64,000 bases of DNA from contig JAVZJD010000002.1 in the NCBI GenBank assembly GCA_038870975.1, positions 512,001 through 576,000 on the forward strand, written 5' to 3'. Shown in pieces: positions 1 to 9,043 of this stretch (position 1 is its first letter; every line of letters begins with the position of its first letter). The translations under genes were made by a program, and so were the position numbers. This stretch comes from Candidatus Bathyarchaeia archaeon (lineage in GTDB: Archaea > Thermoproteota > CALKCG01 > B24). Below the pieces are notes generated by a model that saw only the letters and a list, made by a program, of their open reading frames with translations, did no database searches and was not told the DNA's origin.

Positions 1-466
1 CTACTAAACCACCATCCTTAAGTATTTCCAGTATGAATTCTGGAAGAGCTTTAGTCCTATAGACTTCATTCTTAGACGTATTAATTATTACTCCCTCCGC
101 CAAATTTACTGTAACTGAGTCGCCGTTATTCAGCCTCTCCGAAGCCTCTGGACATACAACTATAGGTAAACCGATGTTAATGGCGTTTCTGTAGAATATT
201 CTGGCAAATGACTTTGCGATTATACATTTAACGCCAGCATGCTTTAAAGCAACCGGAGCCTCTTCTCTACTGGATCCGCATCCGAAGTTTTTACCAACTA
301 CTAGAATGCCAGTCTGCTTAATCTTATTGGAGAACTCTGGGTCTATCCCTTCTAAAGCATGTCTTCCAAGTTCTTCATAGTCTGTTATACCAAGGTATTT
401 ACCTGGCACTATAACGTCTGTGTCTATGTTGTCTCCATATTTTACAACTGAACCACTTACTATCAT
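1..466 (-). CDS. leuD: 3-isopropylmalate dehydratase/homoaconitase small subunit (LeuD/HacB family); runs off the window edge
   Basis: Not in the ORF track. Manual translation from ATG 466 gives MIVSGSVVKYGDNIDTDVIVPGKYL...GKNFGCGSSREEAP...SFARIFYRNAINIG...ILKDGGLV. Its start overlaps the leuC stop (ATGA). Confidence 0.9.
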   Translation of the reverse strand, partial: MIVSGSVVKYGDNIDTDVIVPGKYLGITDYEELGRHALEGIDPEFSNKIKQTGILVVGKNFGCGSSREEAPVALKHAGVKCIIAKSFARIFYRNAINIGLPIVVCPEASERLNNGDSVTVNLAEGVIINTSKNEVYRTKALPEFILEILKDGGLV

Positions 467-1722
467 GCTACCACCTCCCTAGGATCTGTTATAACGCCTG
501 TTAAAGCAGACGCCATAACTGTTGCCGGAGAAGCCAAGTAAACTCTAGCCTTAGGACTACCCATACGCCCGATGAAGTTTCTATTTATTGAAGCTATGCA
601 TACTTCACCTTCACTTATAACACCCATATGCGCTCCTATGCAAGCACCACACGTTGGATTACAGACTAGAGCACCAGCTTGTAGAAATATATCGATTAAA
701 CCTTCTTTTAATGCATCTTGATACACTTCTTGAGAAGCTGGAACGATTACTGCTCTAACGTCGGGTTTAACCTTCCTACCTTTAGCTATTCTAGCAGCTA
801 GTCTTAAATCTTCAAGACGCCCATTAGTGCAAGAACCTATGTATGCTTGATCTATCTTAATACCTTCGGCTTCAGATACCGGCTTAACATTGTCTACGGA
901 GTTTGGACATGCTACTTGAGGCTCCAACTTTGAAACGTCAAAAGTGTAAATTTCATCGAATGTAGCATTATGATCGCTACGAAAGCCCGGACTATATGGT
1001 ATGTTTTTAGACTTGAAAAACTGCTCAGTAACGTGGTCTGGTTCAACTATTCCAGTTTTAGCACCCATTTCAACAGCCATATTGCACATAGTCATACGTC
1101 CACCTACACTCATATTCTCCACGGTAGACCCTTTGAAAATAACGGCCTTGTAGACGGCACCTGAAACACTTAAACATCCTATGACGTAAAGTATCACGTC
1201 TTTAGGGGTAACCATATCTCTCAATTCACCGTCAATCTTCACACAGACTGTTTCTGGAACCCTGAGCCAAGTTTCACCAGTAGCTAGAACAGCTGCTACA
1301 TCGGTGGCTCCCATACCTGTTGAAAAAGCCCCAACCGCACCATAAGTACACGTATGAGAGTCTGCACCTATTATGAGTTCACCTGGCTTAGCATGGCCCT
1401 TCTCGACCATAACTTGATGGCATATCCCGCCTCTACCGATGTCGTAAAACCACTTAATCCTCTGCTCTTTAACGAATTCCCTAATGATCTTCTGGTTTAA
1501 AGCGGCTCTTTCAGTATTCGGAGGCACTAAATGGTCGAATATTACAACCACTCTATCGGGATCCCAGACCTTGGAAACACCTATCTCTCTAAAGGCTTTA
1601 ACGGTCAAAGGGCCAGTCAAATCATGGAACATTACTCGGTCAACCTTAGCATTTACTATCTCACCAGGCTCTACTCTACTTTTACCTGAAACTCTACACA
1701 ATATCTTCTCAACAATATTCAT
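463..1722 (-). CDS. leuC: 3-isopropylmalate dehydratase/homoaconitase large subunit (aconitase family)
   Basis: GADSHTCT, IGSCTNGR and CGACIG [4Fe-4S] motifs, plus NRNFIGRMG. Likely start is ATG 1722 (MNIVEKIL). Confidence 0.92.
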   Translation of the reverse strand: MNIVEKILCRVSGKSRVEPGEIVNAKVDRVMFHDLTGPLTVKAFREIGVSKVWDPDRVVVIFDHLVPPNTERAALNQKIIREFVKEQRIKWFYDIGRGGICHQVMVEKGHAKPGELIIGADSHTCTYGAVGAFSTGMGATDVAAVLATGETWLRVPETVCVKIDGELRDMVTPKDVILYVIGCLSVSGAVYKAVIFKGSTVENMSVGGRMTMCNMAVEMGAKTGIVEPDHVTEQFFKSKNIPYSPGFRSDHNATFDEIYTFDVSKLEPQVACPNSVDNVKPVSEAEGIKIDQAYIGSCTNGRLEDLRLAARIAKGRKVKPDVRAVIVPASQEVYQDALKEGLIDIFLQAGALVCNPTCGACIGAHMGVISEGEVCIASINRNFIGRMGSPKARVYLASPATVMASALTGVITDPREVVA

Positions 1723-1886
1723 CGAGACCACTAATAACACTTATCTAGAGACTTAAGTGTTTGCCTTTTATTACTTTCGCTTCTCCAAACAGACTTCAAT
1801 ATATTTTCACTAAGCCTTATTTCAAGCACTTTCAATAGATTTCTATGGTCTTCTCCGCTAATGAAGAAGAAAAATGTGGGGGAAGT

Positions 1887-3938
1887 TTAGAACGGTATAA
1901 AGAACCTTACCGTTCCTATTAGGTAAGCTATTAAGTTTGCCAGTGCATATCCGGCTACTCCACCGCTTACAAATGGTATAGCATATTTTTCATATGCTTT
2001 GCTTCCACCCATTCTGAGAGTGAGCCATTTAGCTATCCAAGCAGCTAGGAAAGTGGTCCATTCCTTCATGTGGTTGGGGGCGATGCTTGTAGCTATTATG
2101 AAGCCTACTGGATGTATGGGCCACCATAGGAATCTGGCTCTTAAGAGGAAAAGCACCATGGTTATTATAAAGCCTATGGCTCCAGCTGCTAATTGGAATC
2201 CGCTTGCAGGAGCACGATCATAGTCGCCGAAGTCGTTATCACACCAGTCTGTTACGGAGCATTCTCCCCATATCGGAACACGGCCAACGCCTAGAATATT
2301 GACTATCCAAACTCTTGTTACCATTGCAACGAATATGGATATTACGCTGACGATTGTAGTTAATATAAACACATCTTTAAGGTTGATTTTAGCTAAGCCT
2401 CCCATCTTAAGGTTTTGAATCGTAAGATAGGCTCCAGTCTGCAATCCCATGGTTACGTGGTTTACACCTGTGGCAAGGAATGTATGGGTCATAACCCAGT
2501 CTGTCGTATAGGTTTCAGGGCGATTCTGGAACCATATGATTCTTAGCGGCCAGCTAGGCCAGTAGCCCCTGTTATGAATGTATCCGCATCCGCTTAGTCC
2601 TAGGACATACGTTGCTGCAACCACGTTTATGAATGCTCCTATTATTAGGACTGATAGTGCTGTTCCTAAGCTTAAACCTGCCGAGAAGCAGAAAGCTAGA
2701 ACTACTATGGCTGAGCCTACTATGAGTATATATACAGTTCTATAGTTGAATGGTTCTCCAGCCTCTTCAGGCGTTTTACCACGACCGCCGTGGACGGCGA
2801 GTCTTATTGTTTCAGCAAGGTAGCTTCTGGCGTGGAATATCATCATAACTGTTACAGCTGTTGTTCCACCTATCATGGTCATCCACATCCAGTAGTACGG
2901 TGGACCGTACAGAGGTGATATTTCGAAGCCACCCCATGCTCTAACTCTGCAGGCGCTACCCATATTAAATACACCTGTGTAGTAGCCCATAGTGTAGGCT
3001 ACTTGAGCCAGTATCATTATGATTATCTGGAAAACCCATACTGTGAAGAGAACTTCTAAGGGAGCAAGATAGTATATGAAGAACGGTAAAATGTTTTTAG
3101 AGTAGCCTGGAAACCATACTATAGCACTTGCTATAGGATGATTTGGAAGTAGACATACACAGCCCTGTGGGCTAGTCTCTTCTACAGGCGTGCCTCTGAA
3201 GGCTAAGACGTCAGGCCACCAAGGAAACATATACGTCATCATAATTTGAAATTCGTAGACAAGCGCTATAATGAAGCCTGTAATAAATAGACTTCTAGTT
3301 CTTTCTAAGCTAGGCTCGCCAGAAGCTACATTTATAATCTCATGTGTTGCTATGACATATGGAAATGGAACCTTCTCTATGTCCAACCATCTACGTCTGA
3401 ATAGAAGCATTACACTTGAGCCGAAAAGATAGAATACAATAAAGTACATAGACCAGAATACTATGCTTCCACTCCATGCGCTCCAATTCACAGTAGCACC
3501 ACCGACGGTTATAAGTCTTACAACTTCAATGGGAGGCATCCACCACCAACTCTGAACTACAGGTAAAAACTCCGGCTGTGTCTGTAGTATAGTTCTACTA
3601 AAGCCAACAGGAAAAGATGCGAAAGTCTCATAATGCCCAATACCATACATACCGACTGCTGCACCTACGATGTACAATAAGACATACGATGAAGTCGATA
3701 TCTTGAATTTTAGAAGTCTAAACGGATACGCTAACAGTATTACTAAAAGACTCATTATTGGAATACCCATAGTCTTAGAAACGGTACCCCACGCATAACG
3801 ACACATGAAAGCACCGCCCACTGAACCATTTAAAGCGATCTCTACAGTACCTATGAAACTCAGTACTACGGATAGAATGGCCAAGGAAATTAGTAGAGGG
3901 GGTTTAATCTTAAACTCTTCAATAGATTTTTCTGACAT
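1887..3938 (-). CDS. Large polytopic membrane protein, DUF6785/DUF6784-type (OPT-like putative transporter)
   Basis: 683 aa with many TM helices. Motifs RRRWLDIEKVPFP, RFLWWPIHPVGF and KWLTLRMGGSKAYEKY are typical of this family. Confidence 0.7.
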   Translation of the reverse strand: MSEKSIEEFKIKPPLLISLAILSVVLSFIGTVEIALNGSVGGAFMCRYAWGTVSKTMGIPIMSLLVILLAYPFRLLKFKISTSSYVLLYIVGAAVGMYGIGHYETFASFPVGFSRTILQTQPEFLPVVQSWWWMPPIEVVRLITVGGATVNWSAWSGSIVFWSMYFIVFYLFGSSVMLLFRRRWLDIEKVPFPYVIATHEIINVASGEPSLERTRSLFITGFIIALVYEFQIMMTYMFPWWPDVLAFRGTPVEETSPQGCVCLLPNHPIASAIVWFPGYSKNILPFFIYYLAPLEVLFTVWVFQIIIMILAQVAYTMGYYTGVFNMGSACRVRAWGGFEISPLYGPPYYWMWMTMIGGTTAVTVMMIFHARSYLAETIRLAVHGGRGKTPEEAGEPFNYRTVYILIVGSAIVVLAFCFSAGLSLGTALSVLIIGAFINVVAATYVLGLSGCGYIHNRGYWPSWPLRIIWFQNRPETYTTDWVMTHTFLATGVNHVTMGLQTGAYLTIQNLKMGGLAKINLKDVFILTTIVSVISIFVAMVTRVWIVNILGVGRVPIWGECSVTDWCDNDFGDYDRAPASGFQLAAGAIGFIITMVLFLLRARFLWWPIHPVGFIIATSIAPNHMKEWTTFLAAWIAKWLTLRMGGSKAYEKYAIPFVSGGVAGYALANLIAYLIGTVRFFIPF

Positions 3939-4426
3939 TATCTCCCATCGACTCTTTTATGTTAAAGGTGTATATAATACTTTGCAAGCTTCGCTGGCTT
4001 TCGATTTATTAATTTGCATCTTGCTAAGACATTTATGCTCCAAATGTAGAGTGGATAACAGTAGTGGTCTTGAAAAACGCTGATGAAGGGTAGAAGATAT
4101 ACCTAAACTTCTTGACATAAATGGTTTGAAGGAGGATGCCATTAAAAGCCTAGTTAAAGGCATTATCTACTGGATAGGTTCGACAAGAAAAACCACATAG
4201 ACGCTAGGAAGAGATACAGGCAGTCTTAGAAGGAGGAGCATCGAATAGCCACGATCTATGCATCAAAATGGTTACTCTTTTTTGATGTGCTGGGAAGAGT
4301 GTGAGATAAGTCTTAGAACGTATTCACCTCAACTGATATAGTTAACTTTGAGTTTTTGAACTCTAAATCCATCGCAGAGTAAATACATAGTAGTTCCATA
4401 TGGCCAGCCGCTCTCTAAACTTTAGT

Positions 4427-5770
4427 TTAATTTCCGAATTCACGTAATATGTTAGCGGCGTATGCGACGCCTTTGACTAAATGGTCAATTGTATTAAACT
4501 CGTTAGGAGCATGGGCTTTAGAGAAAGGTGGAGCGCACCCAGTCCAAATAGAATTTAAATGTAGAAGTCTGGTAAAAACGTAATCTGGTCCTGAGCCAGC
4601 AGCACTTGGATATAATATTGGTCTAGCTTTGTACACTTCCTCAGCTGCATACGAGGAAGTTTTAACTATCCGTGCTGAAGGGGGTGTTTTAGACGGCAAG
4701 AGAGAACCTAATTTAACGATTTCCACGTCTCTGTAGCCCTTAGAGTCTAAATGTCTTCTAAGAAGGGTTAAGAGTTTATCTGGATTTTGATTCATTACTA
4801 ATCTGAAATCCAACTTTACAACGGCTTCGCATGGAAGGACGGTTTTAGGACCCTCTTCAATATAACCACACCTTAAACCAGCAATGTTAGCAGTGGGTTC
4901 ACATATTAACTTTCTAAGCGCATCAACTCCTTTAACCCCATCTAGGAATTCTTCAACCCCAAATTCTCTCATAATATCCTCATCTTCATGAGGGAGTTCC
5001 GAGATTAACCTAGCTTCTTCTGAAGTAATTGGTTGAATATCATCATACCAGCCTTTAATATTTATCCGTCCATCTGGAGACCTTATAGAGTTTAAAGCCC
5101 ATACAAGCCTCCAAGCTGGATTAGCAATCAGCGGTGCATAAGAAGAGTGGGCATCTACCTTAGCAGTTTTACACCTCAGCTCGACATATAACATACCCTT
5201 AACTCCTAAGTAAATCGATGGTCTATTCGAAGGATGGAGCCCACCATCCCAACATACAACGGCATCAGACTTAAGAAGGTCTTTATGGGTTTCTACGAAA
5301 TCTGGAAGGTTTGGACTTCCAATCTCCTCTTCGCCTTCGAAGAGAAACTTGACGTTTACAGGCGTAGACTTTCCACTTTTGATATAATATTCAACTGCTT
5401 TAAGAAAAGCCATTATATTGCCCTTTGAATCTGAAGCCCCCCTCGCTATGATCTTACCGTCCACCACTTCCGCTTCAAAAGGCGGGTAGACCCATTCGCT
5501 TAGGGGGTCTGGAGGCTGAACATCGTAGTGGCTATAGATTAAAAGAGTCTTACTAGACTCTTGAGATTTAACTTCACCATAGACTACTGGATTACCCTTA
5601 CTTTGAACAACATCAGCATACATGCCTAGATCTTCCATTAAATCTCTCAGAAGAAGAGCACATTCATTGATGCCTATGTTTTTCGCCGAAATACTTGGTT
5701 GTCTGAGGAGACACCGGTACTTATCTATAAGATCGTCAAGCGTAAGCTTCACATAACTTAATATATCCAT
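4427..5770 (-). CDS. M20/M25/M40 metallopeptidase (ArgE/DapE-like dipeptidase)
   Basis: YSHYDVQP, ARGASDSKG, EGEEEIGS and C-terminal HAPNE metal-binding motifs. Confidence 0.9.
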   Translation of the reverse strand: MDILSYVKLTLDDLIDKYRCLLRQPSISAKNIGINECALLLRDLMEDLGMYADVVQSKGNPVVYGEVKSQESSKTLLIYSHYDVQPPDPLSEWVYPPFEAEVVDGKIIARGASDSKGNIMAFLKAVEYYIKSGKSTPVNVKFLFEGEEEIGSPNLPDFVETHKDLLKSDAVVCWDGGLHPSNRPSIYLGVKGMLYVELRCKTAKVDAHSSYAPLIANPAWRLVWALNSIRSPDGRINIKGWYDDIQPITSEEARLISELPHEDEDIMREFGVEEFLDGVKGVDALRKLICEPTANIAGLRCGYIEEGPKTVLPCEAVVKLDFRLVMNQNPDKLLTLLRRHLDSKGYRDVEIVKLGSLLPSKTPPSARIVKTSSYAAEEVYKARPILYPSAAGSGPDYVFTRLLHLNSIWTGCAPPFSKAHAPNEFNTIDHLVKGVAYAANILREFGN

Positions 5771-5842
5771 ACAGAAAGATAATTGGCTAGAAGAAGTAGA
5801 TTAACGTTTAGATAACGCTCCCAAGATGCAATGGAAGGAGTG

Positions 5843-6898
5843 TTATTCTTTCAGAGGAAGCTCCACAACGCTTCCAGTAGCAGAAGACCTATAGATCGCC
5901 CTTATGAGTTCTAGACTCCTACGCCCTTCATAACCGTCCACTCGAGGCTTTCTATCTTCTAAAATCGCATCGACGAAATCCTTTAAGAGACGTTTATGGT
6001 TTTCTATGGGAACTGCTTCAGGTCTCTCCCATGATTTAAGTCCCTCTATCCTTTTAACCGGAGGCTTTAAAGTTGGAATTTCCTCAGCAATCTTCATAAA
6101 CTTGACTTCATCCCCTTCAACTATAACTGTTCCCTTCAAACCATGAATCTCCAATCTCGTGGGTAGACCCGGGTACGTGGCGGTGCTAGCCTGTATGACT
6201 CCTAATGCACCGTTTCTGAATCTGACTATGGCTGCCGCTAGGTCTTCAACCTCAATATTATGACCTACTGTAGCTACTTTAGCCCAGACAGACTCAGGTT
6301 CGCCCATAATCCATAGAAGTAAGTCTATCGTGTGAATTGCCTGGTTTATTAGAGCCCCACCTCCCTCCGTAGCTAGTCTACCCCTCCACGAGCTACTTGT
6401 ATAGTATTCCTCGGTTCTGTACCATTCAACTACGGCTTCACCCATTACCAGTCTTCCAAGAGCACCCTTATCTACAAGAGATTTCACAAAATTGAAGGAG
6501 TCGTCGAATCTAGATTGTAAGATTACACCAAGCTTAACACCTCTAGTCTCAGCTCTCCTTATAAGCTCATCAGCTTCTGTTAGATTGATTGCCATAGGTT
6601 TATCCACGAGTACATTAATACCGTTCTCTATCGCCTCTAAAGCTACCTGAAAATGCACATAGTGAGGAGCTGAGACAGCTAATATGTCAGGCTTCTCTAA
6701 ATTGAACATATCGTAGACGTTTGAATATGCAACTTTAAACCCGTATTTTCTAGCAAATTCTTCAGTTTTAGCCTTATTTCTAGCTACAACACCGGTAAGT
6801 TCTAGAAGGCCTTCTTTGGCAAGCTTAGCTGCAGCTCCAGATATAAAGCTACTACCCACACCCGTACCTACAACGCCAAACTTTAAACGGGTTGACAC
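5843..6898 (-). CDS. Gfo/Idh/MocA family NAD(P) oxidoreductase
   Basis: N-terminal Rossmann GVVGTG, DKPMA, GGGALINQAIHTIDL. Confidence 0.9.
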   Translation of the reverse strand: MSTRLKFGVVGTGVGSSFISGAAAKLAKEGLLELTGVVARNKAKTEEFARKYGFKVAYSNVYDMFNLEKPDILAVSAPHYVHFQVALEAIENGINVLVDKPMAINLTEADELIRRAETRGVKLGVILQSRFDDSFNFVKSLVDKGALGRLVMGEAVVEWYRTEEYYTSSSWRGRLATEGGGALINQAIHTIDLLLWIMGEPESVWAKVATVGHNIEVEDLAAAIVRFRNGALGVIQASTATYPGLPTRLEIHGLKGTVIVEGDEVKFMKIAEEIPTLKPPVKRIEGLKSWERPEAVPIENHKRLLKDFVDAILEDRKPRVDGYEGRRSLELIRAIYRSSATGSVVELPLKE

Positions 6899-7052
6899 TT
6901 TAACACCGTCTAGAAATTTAGAATATAAGTAGATGTAAACTTTTTCACCTCTTATCCATGCAAATAGCCTCAGCCCAATCGTAAAACACAGCTTAAAAAC
7001 ATTAGGTTGGTTAGTAATTCTTAAAAAGAAACCTTAGAGAAAATATTTAAAC

Positions 7053-8129
7053 GTGGTTATTTTGACACCCCGTGAGAGAATTATTGCTACTTTACAACAT
7101 AGAGAGGATAGATTGGATAGAATACCCATACACGATAGTCCGTGGGCTGCCACAGTCAATAGGTGGATAAGAGAAGGCTTACCTGACGGTCAATCTCCTG
7201 ACGATTATTTCGGCTACGAGATTGCCCAGTTTAGCGCAGATACATCTCCTATGTTCCCCGTTGAAGTAATACATGAAGACGCGGAGTACATAATTGAGAG
7301 GACTTCATATGGAGGAATACGTAGAAACCATAAGGATTACTCTACAACTCCAGAGATAATAGATTGGCCATGTAAAACCAAAGAAGATTGGGAGAAGATT
7401 AAGGTTAGACTTCAGCCTAGTGAGAGGAGGGTTGATTGGGTCTCATCATTGAACGCATACCATAGGGAGAGGAGCCGTGGAAAGTTTATAATGTATGGTG
7501 CAGCCGTAGGCTACGATAAGATTCAAAACTATGTAAAGTCTACAGAGCTCCTTAAAGCCGTTATAAGAGACCCTGAATGGGTTAAAGACATGTACTGGAC
7601 AGACGCTAAACTCGCCATGGATATGTGTGACATCATGATCAAAGGGGGTTTTAAATTCGACGGAGCATTCTTATACTGTGACTTAGGTTATAGAAAAGGG
7701 CTATTCTTCTCACCGAGACACTATGAGGAACAATTGCATCCAGTGTTCAAGGAATTGTGCAGGTTTTTCAAGTCTAGAGGAATGTACGTGTTTCTCCACT
7801 GTTGCGGCAATGTGAAAGACTTAATACCATACTTCATAGAGGAGGGGATAGACGTCCTACAGCCTCTAGAAGTTAAAGCAGGTATGGATCTCATAGAACT
7901 TAAGGAAAAATATGGAGATAAGATGACTTTCATGGGCGGTATAGACGTTAGACTCATGGCTTTAGACGACCCTAAACCCATAGAGGAGGAGATTAAGAGG
8001 AAGATTACCTTTGCGAAGCAGGGTGGAGGTTACATATATCACTCAGACCACTCTATTCCAAAGAATGTAAGTTTTCAAAACTATAAACGCGTAATAGAAC
8101 TCGTCCACAAATACGGTAGATACCGTTAG
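7053..8129 (+). CDS. Uroporphyrinogen decarboxylase/MtaA-CmuA methyltransferase-like TIM-barrel protein
   Basis: N-terminal TPRERI, DLG motif, LHCCG, GIDVLQPLE, FMGGID and GGYIYHSDHSIP. Confidence 0.8.
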   Translation: MVILTPRERIIATLQHREDRLDRIPIHDSPWAATVNRWIREGLPDGQSPDDYFGYEIAQFSADTSPMFPVEVIHEDAEYIIERTSYGGIRRNHKDYSTTPEIIDWPCKTKEDWEKIKVRLQPSERRVDWVSSLNAYHRERSRGKFIMYGAAVGYDKIQNYVKSTELLKAVIRDPEWVKDMYWTDAKLAMDMCDIMIKGGFKFDGAFLYCDLGYRKGLFFSPRHYEEQLHPVFKELCRFFKSRGMYVFLHCCGNVKDLIPYFIEEGIDVLQPLEVKAGMDLIELKEKYGDKMTFMGGIDVRLMALDDPKPIEEEIKRKITFAKQGGGYIYHSDHSIPKNVSFQNYKRVIELVHKYGRYR

Positions 8130-8268
8130 AAACAATGCGAAGCCGTAGGAATTTCAAATAAACTGTCCGTTCGATTTTCGGCTTTAATACTATTCTAACG
8201 TAGCCTACTGTTAAAACTGAATTGGAGTGAAAGTTTAATTTTCAGATCTAGTAAAATTTAATCTACGT

Positions 8269-8946
8269 ATGATTCTGACGCGTAGGAAACTCGCATCTAT
8301 GATAGACTATGCTCTAGTAAAACCCACGCATAGTCTTACAGATATAGAGGAGGCGGCTAAAGTCGCAAAAGCGAACAGTATAGGTGTCCTCTGCGTCCTA
8401 CCAGTTATGGTGGAACATGCAGTTAAACTACTTAAAGGATCCGAGACAAAGGTATGTTCAACCGTGGGTTTTCCATTTGGCTCATCAACCACTAAGTTGA
8501 AGGTTTTAGAGGCTGAAGAGGCCATAAATGATGGAGCTTGTGAAATAGACATTGTTATGAATATCCCATTTTTCAAATCTAAGCTTTATGAGAAGGTTAA
8601 ATCCGATATAGAAGCCGTGTTGAAAATTTCAAAACCCAGAGGTGTAAAGGTCAAGGTGATAATTGAAACGGGATATCTAACAGCTGAAGAGATAGCATTA
8701 GCATGTAGGATGGTTGATGAGACAGGGGCTGACTACATTAAAACATGTACTGGCTTCGGTCCCCGTGGCACTACGATTGAGGATATTGAAATCATAAAGA
8801 GAAACGTTAAGATGGCTAAGATAAAAGCTGCTGGTGGAATTTCATCTTTTGAAAAAGCCCTTCAATTTATTAAAATGGGTGTTGAACGTATAGGTACATC
8901 CAACGCTTTGGAAATCTTGAAAGGTTGGAGCCCAGTGGAAATTTAA
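8269..8946 (+). CDS. deoC: Deoxyribose-phosphate aldolase
   Basis: VGFPFG, EIDIVMN, KVIIET, Schiff-base IKTCTGF, KAAGGI, RIGTS. Confidence 0.93.
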   Translation: MILTRRKLASMIDYALVKPTHSLTDIEEAAKVAKANSIGVLCVLPVMVEHAVKLLKGSETKVCSTVGFPFGSSTTKLKVLEAEEAINDGACEIDIVMNIPFFKSKLYEKVKSDIEAVLKISKPRGVKVKVIIETGYLTAEEIALACRMVDETGADYIKTCTGFGPRGTTIEDIEIIKRNVKMAKIKAAGGISSFEKALQFIKMGVERIGTSNALEILKGWSPVEI

Positions 8947-9043
8947 TTTTAAAGTAAGAATAATTTGGCATTTTTATATGTACTTGATCGAGTTAAAAGA
9001 GAGCCTATAAGCTTTTATCTTGTAAAGAGTTTAACATGATCTA

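Noticed and set aside
7053-8129. Calling this gene hemE or mtaA
   Set aside because: It lacks the HemE RQAGR motif and the terminal Cys of the MtaA zinc site.
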